NCBI RefSeq assembly: GCF_020745735.1
Contig: NC_083409.1
Location: 10,343,534 to 10,407,533, forward strand
DNA: 64,000 nucleotides
From: Hemiscyllium ocellatum
Taxonomy: Eukaryota
Direction: 5' to 3'
In this document: in pieces, positions 13,736-24,939 of the stretch
How the letters are laid out: the number at the start of each line of letters is the position of its first letter
Numbering within the stretch: position 1 is the first letter of the stretch
Notes under the pieces: generated by a model
Databases searched by the model: none
What the model saw: only the letters and a program-made list of their open reading frames with translations
Told to the model about the DNA's origin: nothing
Made by a program: the position numbers and the translations under genes

Positions 13736-14652
13736 AAAGTGAGGGGTTTTCCTGTCCTACAGTGCTCTCCAAATCCTTACCTGCCCTCCTCATTGTCATA
13801 CCCTCCTGCCCCTTCCTACATATGGAATGGGACAACCTGGTCCTGAGGCTTATAACATCCTTCTGGAACAAAGTCTCCAGGTATCTCTGCACCTCCCTGA
13901 TGTGTCACCAATACTTTCAACTCAGCCTCCAATCCAAACACTCTGTGTGGGAATTGTTGTAGATTTATCCTTTCACTACAGATGTGTTTAATCTGAGTCA
14001 CTTTAACTCAATAAAGAAATGTTGATCCCATTTACAAACGAAAGATGTCTATTCCTCTATCAGTATCTGAATTAAAGTTTTAGTGCTTTCCATTTATTGA
14101 CCTTCCCGAATGGGGATGTTCCGAAGCAGTACAAGACGACATGAGGATACAGATGGGCTGGAGGGTCAGATGGGCTGATCAGTAACAAGTGTAATTCATT
14201 CAGATAAATGTGAGTCAGTGAGCTCTCCCTGACCATGAGAGTGAGGTGAGGGCAGAGTGACGGCCCTTGACATCAAGGCCTCTTTGATGGTGTGTGGCAT
14301 CAAGGAACCTGAGCAATGCAGCAGTTTTTCACCTGCTGTTCCAGGGAAGGGATCAACATCTGGATCCCTCGGAGCAACTCCTCAGAGTTCTGTCATTCTG
14401 AAGGGACGCGTTCTCCTTCTCAACTGTGTGAAGACACACTGCCAGTCCATCAGCAATGAGGCAATCAGCTCTGAACACTCCCTGAGTGAGCTCACTCCAT
14501 TATGTTCAGATGCACTGCCAAAGAGCCCATTCTCCCTCTTCTTGTTCGCCCTCCCATCCCAGAGACCCCCGTGAACCCCTTCAGTTCGCTCTCCACTGGA
14601 GGGGGCTGATCCCAGTGGTTTTGATGGATGCATCTGTGTGTGAGATGTATGA

Positions 14653-14684
<32 letters not shown>
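14653..14684. repeat. (GT)n(TA)n microsatellite
   Basis: gtgtgtgtgtatatatatatatatatatatat read directly from the sequence. Confidence 0.95.
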
Positions 14685-14686
<2 letters not shown>

Positions 14687-15129
14687 AAACTCAATATGTT
14701 CCCTGTTCCCCACCCACATACATATGGACACAGGCTCTTCTCCATTCACTGTACACCATCAGGCACAGGTATTCAGGATGGGTACTGCCCCTTCAGAGCA
14801 CCAACATGGTAGATGGGGGTTATGGAGTAAAAGGTACCCTCCCCACTCTGGGTTGGAACTTCCCCATCTACACTCTGAGTTCAGCTTACTCTCAGCATCA
14901 TTCTTCAATCTTTCTGTACTCCAGCATACCTTTCTTCTCTTCTCCAGTTATTGGGGAAAATTTTCTCAGGGCCCTGTGTTCCTGCTGAAAGTGCCCCTTC
15001 TGGCCCTAACTGTAGGGTGGCCCTCCTGCTCCCGGGACCCCATTGGACTCTCTATTTTCAATCCCGTTTTCCGTGCCCTGATGGTGGAGGGTTTCACTTC
15101 ACACACCTTAGGCTTCAGTTCGGGACATT

Positions 15130-15809
15130 TCCAAAGCACACACGAAACAGAGACAAAGACAGAGACTGAATCTTCTTCATCTTTATTCCCCTTTCCGGAC
15201 TGACATTGACAGAAAACAGTCAGCAATTAACAGCCCAGACAGAGGAAGCTGCACAAATTCACAGCCACAATGGAGCTTGAGGAAAACACTTAAGGTGATT
15301 TTCCCAATAACATGAGAAGCCTGTCCCTTTAAACAGTGACAAGACCCTGAGGTGGAACTGATGGCTAAGCAGGATGGAGATCTGGTTTACTGAAGCAGAG
15401 ACTTCTGAGGTTCACATTGTTTTTATACAGCTGACTGTCTTCAATACCTTTGAAAGGTTATGCTTGTTATCACAAGTCAACGTTGTCCCCAGCAAACAGT
15501 CTCCTGGACAGGGACAGAATAGGGTTAGATACAGAGTAAAGCTCTTTCTGTACTGTTCCCACCAAAGACACCCAGGACAGGGACAGGATAAGAAACAGAA
15601 TAAAGCTGTCTCCACACTGACAGGAACAGCACTGGTTGGGTACAGAGTGAATCTCTGTCTATCATGTCACAGTTACCCGCCTTAAACCCCGAACCTCAGA
15701 GTCTCCAGAGGCCAGTCTCACGAAGGAAGAGAGTTGAAATTCAGTGCTGACAATGACCTTTGTCCTGCCAGCTCAGCCCTGTTCTATTTAAAGTTGTGTC
15801 TCCTCTGTG
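15130..15809 (-). pseudogene. Orphan Ig kappa C 3'UTR (remnant X); homology to the live gene stops 16 nt short of the stop codon
   Basis: It is colinear with 38060-38616, including the near-identical stretch gaaggaagagagttgaaattcagtgctgacaatgacctttgtcctgccagctcagccctgttctatttaaagttgtgtctcctctgtg. The sequence then diverges, and no C, J or V follows. Confidence 0.9.
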
Positions 15810-16275
15810 CACAACACCTAACAAACTCGATCTTTTTTTTTAAATTCCCTTTTATTGTGGACATTGAAGTCCCCCACCCAGAGTACATTCTGTGCCCTCA
15901 CTCCCCTCAGACCTTCCTCCAAGTGCTGTTCAACATGGAGGAGAGACTGACTCATCAGCCGAGGGAGGACAGAACATGGTCATCAGCCAGAGGTTTCACA
16001 GAATCAGAGAATCATACAGTGTAGAAGAGGTCCCTCATCTGATCATGTCTGTCCCACCAAGGCAAAACTAAATCTACTCTCCATCCACTTTCCAGAACTG
16101 GGCCCAAAGTATTGAATGTTCGGATATTTCAGGCGCTCATCCAGGCATTTTTTAGAAAGGTATATTTTATGTGGATCTGCTCTGCTCTTCTCATAGTGTC
16201 ATAGCATCTTCTATTGTCCCCTGAGAGGGCAGACATCAGAACATCCCATCTGAAAGATGGTCCCTGAGAACTGAA

Positions 16276-16657
16276 CCTCTGACAGTGTTGCACTCCCTCA
16301 GTGTTGACACACCAGCAGTGCAGCACTCCCTCATCATGAACTATCTGACAGTGCAGCACTCCCACAGTATTGACTTCCTGATATTGTGGCATTCCCTCAG
16401 TACGAACCCTCTGACAGTGTGGCACTGTCTCAGTACTCACCCTCTGACAGTGCAACCCTCCCTCAGCACTCACCCTCTGACAATGCAGCACTCCCTCAGT
16501 ACTGACCCACCATTAGTGTAACAATACCTCAGTAATGACCCTTCAATAGTGTGGCACTCCCTCAGGACTCTCCCTCTGACAGTGTGGCAGTCCCTCAGTA
16601 CTGACCCTCTGACAGTGTGGCAGTCCCTCAGTACTGACCCTCTGACAGTGTTGCACT
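16276..16657. repeat. 33-bp minisatellite, ~12 degenerate copies (cctctgacagtgtggcagtccctcagtactgac)
   Basis: The units are adjacent with no spacers, which produces the HCQRVSTEGLP periodicity in the ORF track. The unit resembles an internal segment of Deu-type SINEs. Confidence 0.9.
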
Positions 16658-18649
16658 GCGCTCTCCATCTGGATAATTTGTTTCAGTGATAGAATCATGT
16701 AATGATGGAATCTGTACAACGTCGAACAGGCCATTCACTCCAATGAGTTTACACCAATCCTCCGAAGAGCATCCCATCCAGATCCAAACCAATGCACTAT
16801 CTCTGCAATGGCTCATCCACTCAATCTGCTACATTGTGAGTGGGAGGGGAGAGTGCTCCACACTGAGACCAGGCTGAAACCTCCCGGTCCAATGGCCTGC
16901 CTTGCTTCCCCATCCCAGCCCACACTTGGAGGACTGAGACCACCTGGGGAGGCTAGAGATGTTTCCCAGCCAGAGATAGTGCCTTCAGGCGAGAGATAGT
17001 GAACAGATGATAGGAGCAGGGGCAGTGGGATCAGTTATATTGAGGTAGGGTGTAGGACACATTGAAGCAGGCGATGGCAGGTGCTGAACCCTTTCCCCAG
17101 AAAGAGTTTGAAAGTTGCTGGGTGAAAGTATGGGGGGGGGGCACTAGAGTAAATTCTTTGTTGCTGCTGAAACCCTCGCTGTCTGCTCTGTCACGTCTGA
17201 GAGACACACAGACACATCAGACACACAGGAGGCAGCTTTCTGTGGATGTTCTCCTGGGGCAGGCCTCATCAATCATGGAGCTATGGTCAGTAACAGTGTA
17301 AGCTGTGCGGCCCTGAAAGCCTGAGTCTGCAACTCAGCTCGGAAGGACATCAGCTCATTCATCAAACCTGGTTCTGCCCCTCTGCAGCCTAGCCGGTCTG
17401 CCTGTGCCTTTTCACCACTCCCAGGTTTTCCCTTGTGCCACAGCTCATTCTCCTGAGGGACAGCTGTACGCAGGCCCAGCACATGATCTAGTCCCACTGT
17501 CAGATCCTCTTCGAGAAACTCATGGCTCACCACCGCCCTCTCCAGGATAGATAGGAAAGGGCAATAAACAGCAGACATATCAATGTCCTCCCCATCCTAG
17601 GAGTAATCAAAATAACTGATGGACAATTCAAACAATCAAACTGGTGGAAGGTAGTTAAATCATTCCAGTGATTAAATTTCACCTGGTAATTCCTGTACTA
17701 AGTTCAAGGTGAAGCTATCTTGGTCTCTGCTAAATTTAGACCAATTTTCATTGTTAATTTAATACATTTCCATGTTCATTCTTTCTCTCCAAACTGATCC
17801 TAATTTGAATGTTTCGAAAAACAAAATTGTCCTGATGAGGGCAAAATGAAAAGCTTCCAAAAACCGGACATTTTTCAGGCCAGTTTAATATTCTCAAATG
17901 ACTATTTGATCCTAATTTGCTCTTTTGCTTCAGACCTGTTCAAATTCCAAGAAGTAATTCAGTTTACCAGCACTTGCTAAATTCCAATTTCTATATTAAA
18001 ATATTTTTCCTGATCTCCCTCCTGTTCCTGGTGTATGACGAGAGAATGTGTCATTTTGCCTTTCTGTTTGTCGGTATTGACAGTAAATCTACTTTTACTG
18101 TGTTGATTTTATAAAGAAGTTTTGTCGTCAGAATACCCTCCCTCCCCCGCGAGATTCTGTTCTGGTCTTTCCCTGTAACCTAGATCCCCTATCCCTGTCC
18201 CTGGACCATTCTGCATTGCCCCTCGTGGAAGCCTATAACTGTACACCATATTCCTAATGTAACCTAACCATTCTTCAGTACAGCTGTCCTGGCCACTCTC
18301 CCCTCCATCTCCTCACTCTCAATATTCATTCCAATGTCCCATTGGCCTTTCCCATTTTTTTTCCAATTTTCTTTCCCAATTTTAAGCATTTATGTTGCTC
18401 AACATCCTTTCTTGCCCACTGCAGTACATTGTTTACAATATGAGCAGCACTTTATCCTTTAACATTCTGAGTCATTACAACCAGGAAAGCTCTCAATAGA
18501 AAAATTCAATTAATCCCATTGCCCTGCTCTATCCCAACAGCTTCAATGTATTTATGGTGCATTCAATGACATCTGACACTTGTCTGTCTTACCCTCTTAC
18601 ACCCACTAATGGCTTTCTCTTGAGTTCTTCCTGACAAAATGATCAGATT

Positions 18650-18942
18650 AGTAACAGCGTGGAAACAGACCCTTCGGGCCAACAAGTCCACACCGACGTG
18701 CCAAAGCATAACCCACCCAGACATTGACCCCTTCACCTAACACTATGGGTAATTTAGCATGGCCAATTCACCTAACCTGCACATTTTTGGACTGTGGGAG
18801 GAAACCAGAGCACCCGTAGAAAACCCACGCAGACACGAGGAGAATGCGCAAACTCCACACAGAGAGCCGCCTGAGGTGAGTATTGAACCCAGGTCTCTGG
18901 CGCAGTGAGGCAGCAGTGCTAACCACTGTGCCACCGTGCCGC
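18650..18942 (-). mobile_element. HE1-type SINE with tRNA-like head
   Basis: The minus strand reads ggcacggtggcacagtggttagcactgctgcctcactgcgccagagacctgggttcaatac (A and B boxes), followed by the HE1 body. Confidence 0.9.
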
Positions 18943-19244
18943 TCGTAAAATTGCAGTTTGGTGACACACTTTGGTAGCCGTTTGTTCTGTCTTTGTGTAA
19001 TTCATTTTGTGCCTGATCCGTAAGGGACTCCACCTTGCAATTTAAAAATTCAGGCTCACCCATGTCATGGCCAAGGCTCCAGTCTTTCAAAGAGATGAAT
19101 TTAAGCCTCACCAGTTTAATCATTTGAATTGTACGTCATTTATTTTAATTTCTCTTGGGATGGGGCAAGCTTTGATTTGTCTGCTATTTGTTGTCCTTCC
19201 CTAATTGTCCTGGAGAGGGCGGTGGTGAGCAATGTCATATCTAG

Positions 19245-20975
19245 AACACAGAACATAGACCATGACAGCCCAGTCCAGGCCCTTTAACCCTTGACGTTGC
19301 GCCGACCTGTGGAACTAGCCTAAAGCCCATCTATCCTACACTATTCCATTTTCATCCATATGTTTATCCCGTGTCCATTTAAATGCCCTTAGTGTTAGCG
19401 AGTCTGCCACTGTTGCAGGCTGTGTATTCCATGCCCCTACTAGTCTCTGAGTAAAGAAACTACTTCTGACATCTCTCCTATATCTATCACCCCCCAGTTT
19501 AAATCTATGTCCCCTCAACTCAGAAAAAAGGCTCTCACTATCCACCCTATCTAACCTTGTGATTATCTTAGTATGTCTCAATTAAGACAACTCTCAACCT
19601 TCTTCTCTCTAACAAAACAACCACAAGTCCCTCATCCTTCCCTCATAAGGCCTTCCCTCCATGCCAGGCAACATCTTAGTTTATTTCCTTTGGACCCTTA
19701 AGTTTCCACATCCTTTTTTTAATGTGGTGATCGCAACTGTATGCAATACTCCAATTGCGGCCAAACCAGAGTTTTGTACAGCTGCAGCATGACCTCATGA
19801 CTCCTAAACCCAATCTCTCTATCAATGAAAATTGACCCAACATTAGCCTTCTTAACCACCCTATCAAACTGGGTTGAAAATGTGTTGCTGGAAAAGTGCA
19901 GCAGGTCAGGCAGCATCCAAGGAGCAGAAGAATCAACGTTTCCGGAATGAAGACGGGCTCAAGTCCGAAACATCGATTCTCCTGCTCCTTGGATGCTGCT
20001 TGACCTGCTTTCCTTTTCCAGCAACACATTTTCAGCTCTGATCTCCAGCATCTGCAGTCCTCACTTTGTTCTATCAAACTTTCAAGGATCTGTGTACATG
20101 AATACCGAGATCTCTCTGCTCATCTACACTACTAAGAATCTTACCATTAGCCCAGTGCTCTTTATTCCTGTTGCTCCTTCCAAAGTGAATCACCTCACAC
20201 TTTTCTGCATTAAAATCTGCATTTGCTACTTCTCAGCCCAGCTCTGCAGCTTATCCGTGTCCCTGTGTAACCTGCAATATCCTTCAGCACTATTCACAAC
20301 GTCACTAACATCAGTGTCATCCACAAATTTACTAACCCATCTTTCGATGCCCTCATTCAGGTCATTTATAAAAATGGCAAGCAGCAGTGACCCCAAAAGA
20401 GATGCTTGCAGTACACCGCTGGTAACTGAACTCCAGGATGAACATTGTCCATCAACAACCACGCTCTGTCTTCTTTCAGCTAGCCAACTTCTGATCCAAA
20501 CCGCTAAATTACCCTTAATCCCATGCCTCCGTATTTTGTGGAGAACCTTATCAAATGCCTTACTGAAGTGCATATCACCACATCAACCACTTTACCCTCA
20601 TGTACCTGTTTGTTCACCTTCTCAACAAACTCAATAAGGTCTGTGAGGCCCAATCTACCGTGTTGACTATCCCTAATCAACTTATTCCTTTCTAGGTGAT
20701 TACAAATCCTATCTCTTCTAACCTTTTGCAACACTTTACCCACAACCGAAGTAAGGCTCACTGGTCTATAATTACTAGGGTTGTCTCCACTCCCCTTCAT
20801 GAACAAGGGGACTACATTTGCTATCTTCCAGTATTCTGGCACTGTTCCTGTCAACAATGATGACATAAAGATCAAAGCCAAAGCCTCAGAAATCTCCTCC
20901 CTGGCTTCCCAGAGAATCCTTGGATAAATCCCATCCGGCCTAGGGAACTTAAATATTTTCACGCTTTCCAGAATT
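19245..20975 (-). mobile_element. CR1 LINE ORF2 3' half, decayed
   Basis: Translated motifs: DGIYPRILWEARE, NYRPVSLTS, FSKAFDKVLH, SKFVDD and YKTLVWPQLEYC. The element ends in a CR1 tail. Confidence 0.9.
19871..20070. mobile_element. Fold-back Penelope-like insertion nested in CR1, with a 10-bp target-site duplication
   Basis: The arms 19873-19942 and 19967-20036 are inverted. The direct repeat ctatcaaact lies at 19861-19870 and 20071-20080. Confidence 0.8.
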
Positions 20976-21283
20976 GCTAACTCCTCCTACTTAAGAGGGA
21001 AATCAGAATGGCAAAAAGGTAACATGAGATAGCTTTGCTTAATTAGGCTAAGGTGAATCAAAAGGGAGTTTATAAATGCACTAAGGACAAAAGAGTGATA
21101 ATTAACAGAATAGGGCCCCTCAACGATCAGCAAGGCAGCCCATGTGTAGAACTGCAGAAGATTGGGCAAATACTTTGCGTCAGTGTTTACTGTGGAGAAA
21201 GACACAGCAGATAGAGAATTTGGGGAAATAGATGGTGACATCTTGAAAAATGTCCATATTACAGAGGAGGAAGTGCAGTATGT

Positions 21284-21728
21284 TGTGGTTCAGTTCGCCG
21301 AGCTGGGAGTTTTTGTTGCAAACATTCCGTCCCCTTTCTAGGTGACATCCTCAGTGCTTGGGAGCCTCCTGTGAAGCGCTTCTGTGCTGATTCCTCCAGC
21401 ATTTATAATGGTTTGTCTGTGCCGTTTCCGGTCGTCAGTTGTTGTTCGCTGCAGTAGCCGGTATATAGGGTCTAGGTCGATGTGTCTGTTGATAGACGTA
21501 GACCCTATATACCGGTCACTGCAGCGGACAGCTACTGACAACCGGAAGCGGCAGAGACAAACCACTATAAATGCCGGAGGAATCAGCACAGAAGAGCTTC
21601 ACAGGAGGCTCCCAAGCACTGAGGATGTCACCTAGAAAGGGGATGAAACGTTTGCAACAAAAACTCCCAGCTCGGCAAACAGAACCACAACAACGAGCAC
21701 CCGAGCTACAAATCTTCTCACAAACTTT
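21284..21728. mobile_element. Fold-back Penelope-like insertion (~190-bp inverted arms, 24-nt loop), with a 15-bp TSD
   Basis: The arms are 21282-21474 and 21499-21691. The TSD ggaagtgcagtatgt lies at 21269-21283 and 21729-21743, and the host CR1 resumes after it. Confidence 0.9.
21616..21655 (+). ncRNA. Minimal hammerhead-like motif, second Penelope family
   Basis: The motif reads GCA-CTGAGGA-T-GTCACCTAGAAAGGGGAT-GAAA-CG-TT-TGC. It has the core, an imperfect helix II and a 3-bp helix I (GCA/TGC). Confidence 0.45.
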
Positions 21729-22539
21729 GGAAGTGCAGTATGTCTTAAAATGCATAAAAGTAGATAAATCACTGGGACCTGATCAGGTGCACCCCAGAAC
21801 TCTGTGGGAAGCTGGGGAAGTGATTGCTGGGCCACTTGCTGAAATATTTATATCATTGATGGTCACACGTGAGGTGCTGGAAGACTGGAGTTTAGCTAAT
21901 GTAGTAAGGGAAAGCCAGGAACCGGTGAGCCTGACATAGTGGGTGGGCAAATTGTTGGAGAGAATCCTGAAGGGCAGGATTTACATGCATTTGGAAAGAC
22001 AAGGACTGTTTCAGGATAGTCAACATGGCTTTGTACCTGGGAAATCATGATTCACTAACCTGATTGAGATTTTGAAGAAATAACGAAGACAATTGATGAT
22101 GTCAGAGCAGTGGATGTGATGTATATGGACTTCAGTGAGGCATTCAACAAGTTTCCTTGTGGTGGATTGGTTTGCAAGGTTAGATCACATGGAATACAGG
22201 GAGAACTAGCTACATGGATATATAAATGGCTTGCAGGTAGAAGACAGAGAGTGATGGTGGAGGGTTGCTTTTCACACTGGAGGCCTGTGATCAGTGGTGT
22301 GCCACAAGGATCAGTGTTAGGTCCACTGCTTTTTGTCATTGACGTAAGGATTTGGATGTGAACATAGGACGTATAGTTAGTAAGTTTGCGGATGACACCA
22401 AATTGGAGATGTAGTGGGCAGTGAAGGGGGTTACCACAGAGCACAATGTGCCGATGAGTGGCAGATGGAGTTTAATTTAGATAAATGTGAGATGCTGCAT
22501 TTTGGAAAGTCAAATCAGGAGAGGGTTTAGATGTTTAAT

Positions 22540-22860
22540 CATGGAATTCCTGCAGTATGGAAACAGGCCATTTGGCACAAGTTCACAATGACCCTCTGAA
22601 AAGTAACCCATCCAAACCCATCCTCCTATCCTGTTCCTCGACATTTAACCCTGACGAATGAACCTATTGTACATATGCCTGAACTTTGGGCAATTCAGCA
22701 TGGCCAATTCACCTAATCTGCACATCTTTAGACTATGGGAGGTAACCCACGCAGACACATGGAGAATGTGCAAATTCCACATGGACAGTCACCCGAGTCT
22801 GGAACTGAACCAGGGCTCTGGCACTGTGAGGCAGCAGTGTTAATCACTGAGCCACCATGT
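22540..22860 (-). mobile_element. Older HE1-type SINE
   Basis: It shows the HE1 body plus a tRNA-like head ending gcactgtgaggcagcagtgttaatcactgagccacc. Confidence 0.8.
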
Positions 22861-23049
22861 CACCCCTTACTGGTGAGGTACTGGGGAGTGTTGCTGAACA
22901 AAAGGACCTTGAAATGCAGGTTCATAGGTCCTTGAAATTAGAACCACAGGTTGAAAAGATAGTGACTAAGGCACTTTTTAAATTCCAAAAATATACTTTA
23001 TTCATAAAATATTTTGATGATCTGTCAAATTGGTTCATGCCATACATCA

Positions 23050-23307
23050 GGCGACTGACTGTGTGGAGTTTGCACGTTCTCCCCGTGTCAGCGTGGGTTT
23101 CCTCCGGGTGCTCCGGTTTCCTCCCACAGTCCAAAGATGTGCGGGTCAGGTGAATTGGCCATGCTAAATTGCCCGTAGTGTTAGGTAAGGGGTAAATGTA
23201 GGGGTATGGGTGGGTTTCGCTTCGGCGGGTCGGTGTGGACTTGTTGGGCCGAAGGGCCTGTTTCCACACTGTAAGTCTAATCTAATCTAAGTCTAATCTA
23301 ATCTAAT
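23050..23307 (+). mobile_element. Young HE1-type SINE (5'-truncated) with (CTAAT)n-type tail
   Basis: It is a near-identical inverted partner of 24612-24920. Confidence 0.9.
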
Positions 23308-23374
23308 CCGTAAACGTTCCATTTCTTTGCATACAGGGACAGAATAATCATTCATATATAGCAACACGTTTTCA

Positions 23375-24605
23375 GTCTTGGCCTGCTGGACACACTTTCC
23401 TCATTCCTGAAGAAGTGCTCATGCCCAAAACGTCGATTCTCCTGCTCCTTGGATGCTGCCTGACCTGCTGCGCTTTTCCAGCAACACATTTTCATCCCAA
23501 CACATTTTCCGAATTCCTTCGTCTCCGCCGCATCTGCTCCCAGGAGGACCATTTCCAATACCGTACAACCCAGATGGCCTCCTTCTTCAAAGACCGCAAT
23601 TTCACCCCAGAAGTGATCGACGATGCCCTCCACTTCCTGCTCCTCCGCCCTTGAGCCCCGCCCCTCCAAACACCACCAGGGCAGAACCCCACTGTTCCTC
23701 ACCTACCACCTCACCAACCTCCATAGACAGCGTATCATCCGCCGTCATTTCCACCACCTCCAAATGGACCCTACCACTAGGGATATATTTCCCTCCCCTC
23801 CCCTATCAGCGTTCCAAAAAGAATACTCCCTCTGTGACTCCTTCATCAGGCCCACACCCCTCACCAACCCAACCTCCACTCCCGGCACCTTCCCCTGCAA
23901 CTGCAAGAAATGCAAAACTTGTGCCCACACGTCTCCCCTTACTTGCCTCCAAGGCCCCAAGGGATCCTTCTATATCCGCCAGAAATTCACCTGCACCTCC
24001 ACACACATCATTTATTGCATCTACTGAACCCAATGTGGCCTCCTCTATATTGGGGAGAAAGGCCACCTATTTTCAGAATGTTTCAGAGAACACCTCTGGG
24101 ACACCCGGATCAATCAACCCAACCACCCCGTGGCTCAACACTTCAACTCCCCCTCCCACTCCACCAAGGACATGCAGATCCTTGGACTCCTCCATCGCCA
24201 GACCATAGCAACATGACGGTTGGAAAAGAGCGCCTCATCTTCCGCCTAGGGACCCTCCAACCACAAGGGATGAACTCAGATTTCTCCAGTTTCCTCATTT
24301 CCCCTCCCCTCACCTTGTCTCGGTCAAATCCCTCGAACTCAGCACTGCCTTCCTAACCTGCAATCTTCTTCCTGACCTCTCCGCCCCCACCCCCACTCAA
24401 GCCTATCACCCTCACCTTGACCTCCTTCCACCTATCGCATTTCCAATGCCCCTCCCCCAAGTCCCTCCTCTCTACCTTTTATCTTAGCCTGCTGGACACA
24501 CTTTCCTCATTCCTGAAGAAGGGCTCATGCCCGAAACGTCGATTCGCCTGCTCCTTGGATGCTGCCTGACCTGCTGCGCTTTTCCAGCAACACATTTTCA
24601 GCTAT
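23375..24605 (+). mobile_element. Penelope-like element 3' part: GIY-YIG region between two direct terminal repeats
   Basis: The ORF fragment reads PLFLTYHLTNLH...CNCKKCKTCAHTS...YIRQKFTCTSTHIIYCI. The repeat gcctgctggacacactttcctcattcctgaagaa... occurs at ~23380 and ~24487. Confidence 0.9.
24510..24545 (+). ncRNA. Minimal type I hammerhead ribozyme-like motif in a Penelope terminal repeat
   Basis: The motif reads CTGAAGA-A-GGGC TCAT GCCC-GAAA-CG-TC (24513-24540). This gives a conserved core, a 4-bp helix II, a palindromic ACGT in place of helix III and a GUC triplet. Helix I is weak. Confidence 0.55.
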
Positions 24606-24611
24606 ATACAG

Positions 24612-24920
24612 GTCTTAGATTAGACTTACAGTGTGGAAACAGGCCCTTCGGCCCAACAAGTCCACACCGACCCGCCGAAGCGAAACCCACCCATACCCCT
24701 ACATTTACCCCTTACCTAACACTACGGGCAATTTAGCATGGCCAATTCACCTGACCTGCACATCTTTGGACTGTGGGAGGAAACCGGAGCACCCGGAGGA
24801 AACCCACGCAGACACGGGGAAAACGTGCAAACTCCACACAGTCAGTCACCTGAGTCGGGAATTGATCCCGGGTCTGAGGTGCTGTGAGGCAGCAGTGCTA
24901 ACCACTGTGCCACCGTGCCA
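24612..24920 (-). mobile_element. Young full-length HE1-type SINE
   Basis: The minus strand carries a tRNA-like head (tggcacggtggcacagtggttagc...gggatcaattccc), the full body and the tail. Confidence 0.92.
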
Positions 24921-24939
24921 TCCACATATTTAGCTGGGA

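Larger units (their letters stand above)
9540..15130 (-). repeat. Downstream flank of dead cluster X, direct paralog of the live cluster flank
   Basis: Colinear blocks: 9900-10020~30625-30750, 10075-10320~30955-31140, 10970-11490~32270-32760, 13740-13980~37060-37290. Confidence 0.85.
21000..22520 (+). mobile_element. CR1 LINE ORF2 fragment
   Basis: Translated motifs: DKSLGPDQVHPRTLWEA, DVMYMDFSEAFNKFP and SGVPQGSVLGPLLF. Confidence 0.9.

Noticed and set aside
16276-16657. Regular 33-bp repeat resembling a CRISPR array, and 11-aa-periodic ORFs
   Set aside because: The units are contiguous with no unique spacers, there are no cas genes and the context is eukaryotic. The ORFs are a by-product of the 33-bp period.
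24860-24920. tRNA-like sequences with A/B boxes (also ~18880-18942 and ~37680-37750)
   Set aside because: These are heads of HE1-type SINEs continuing into the SINE body, not tRNA genes.
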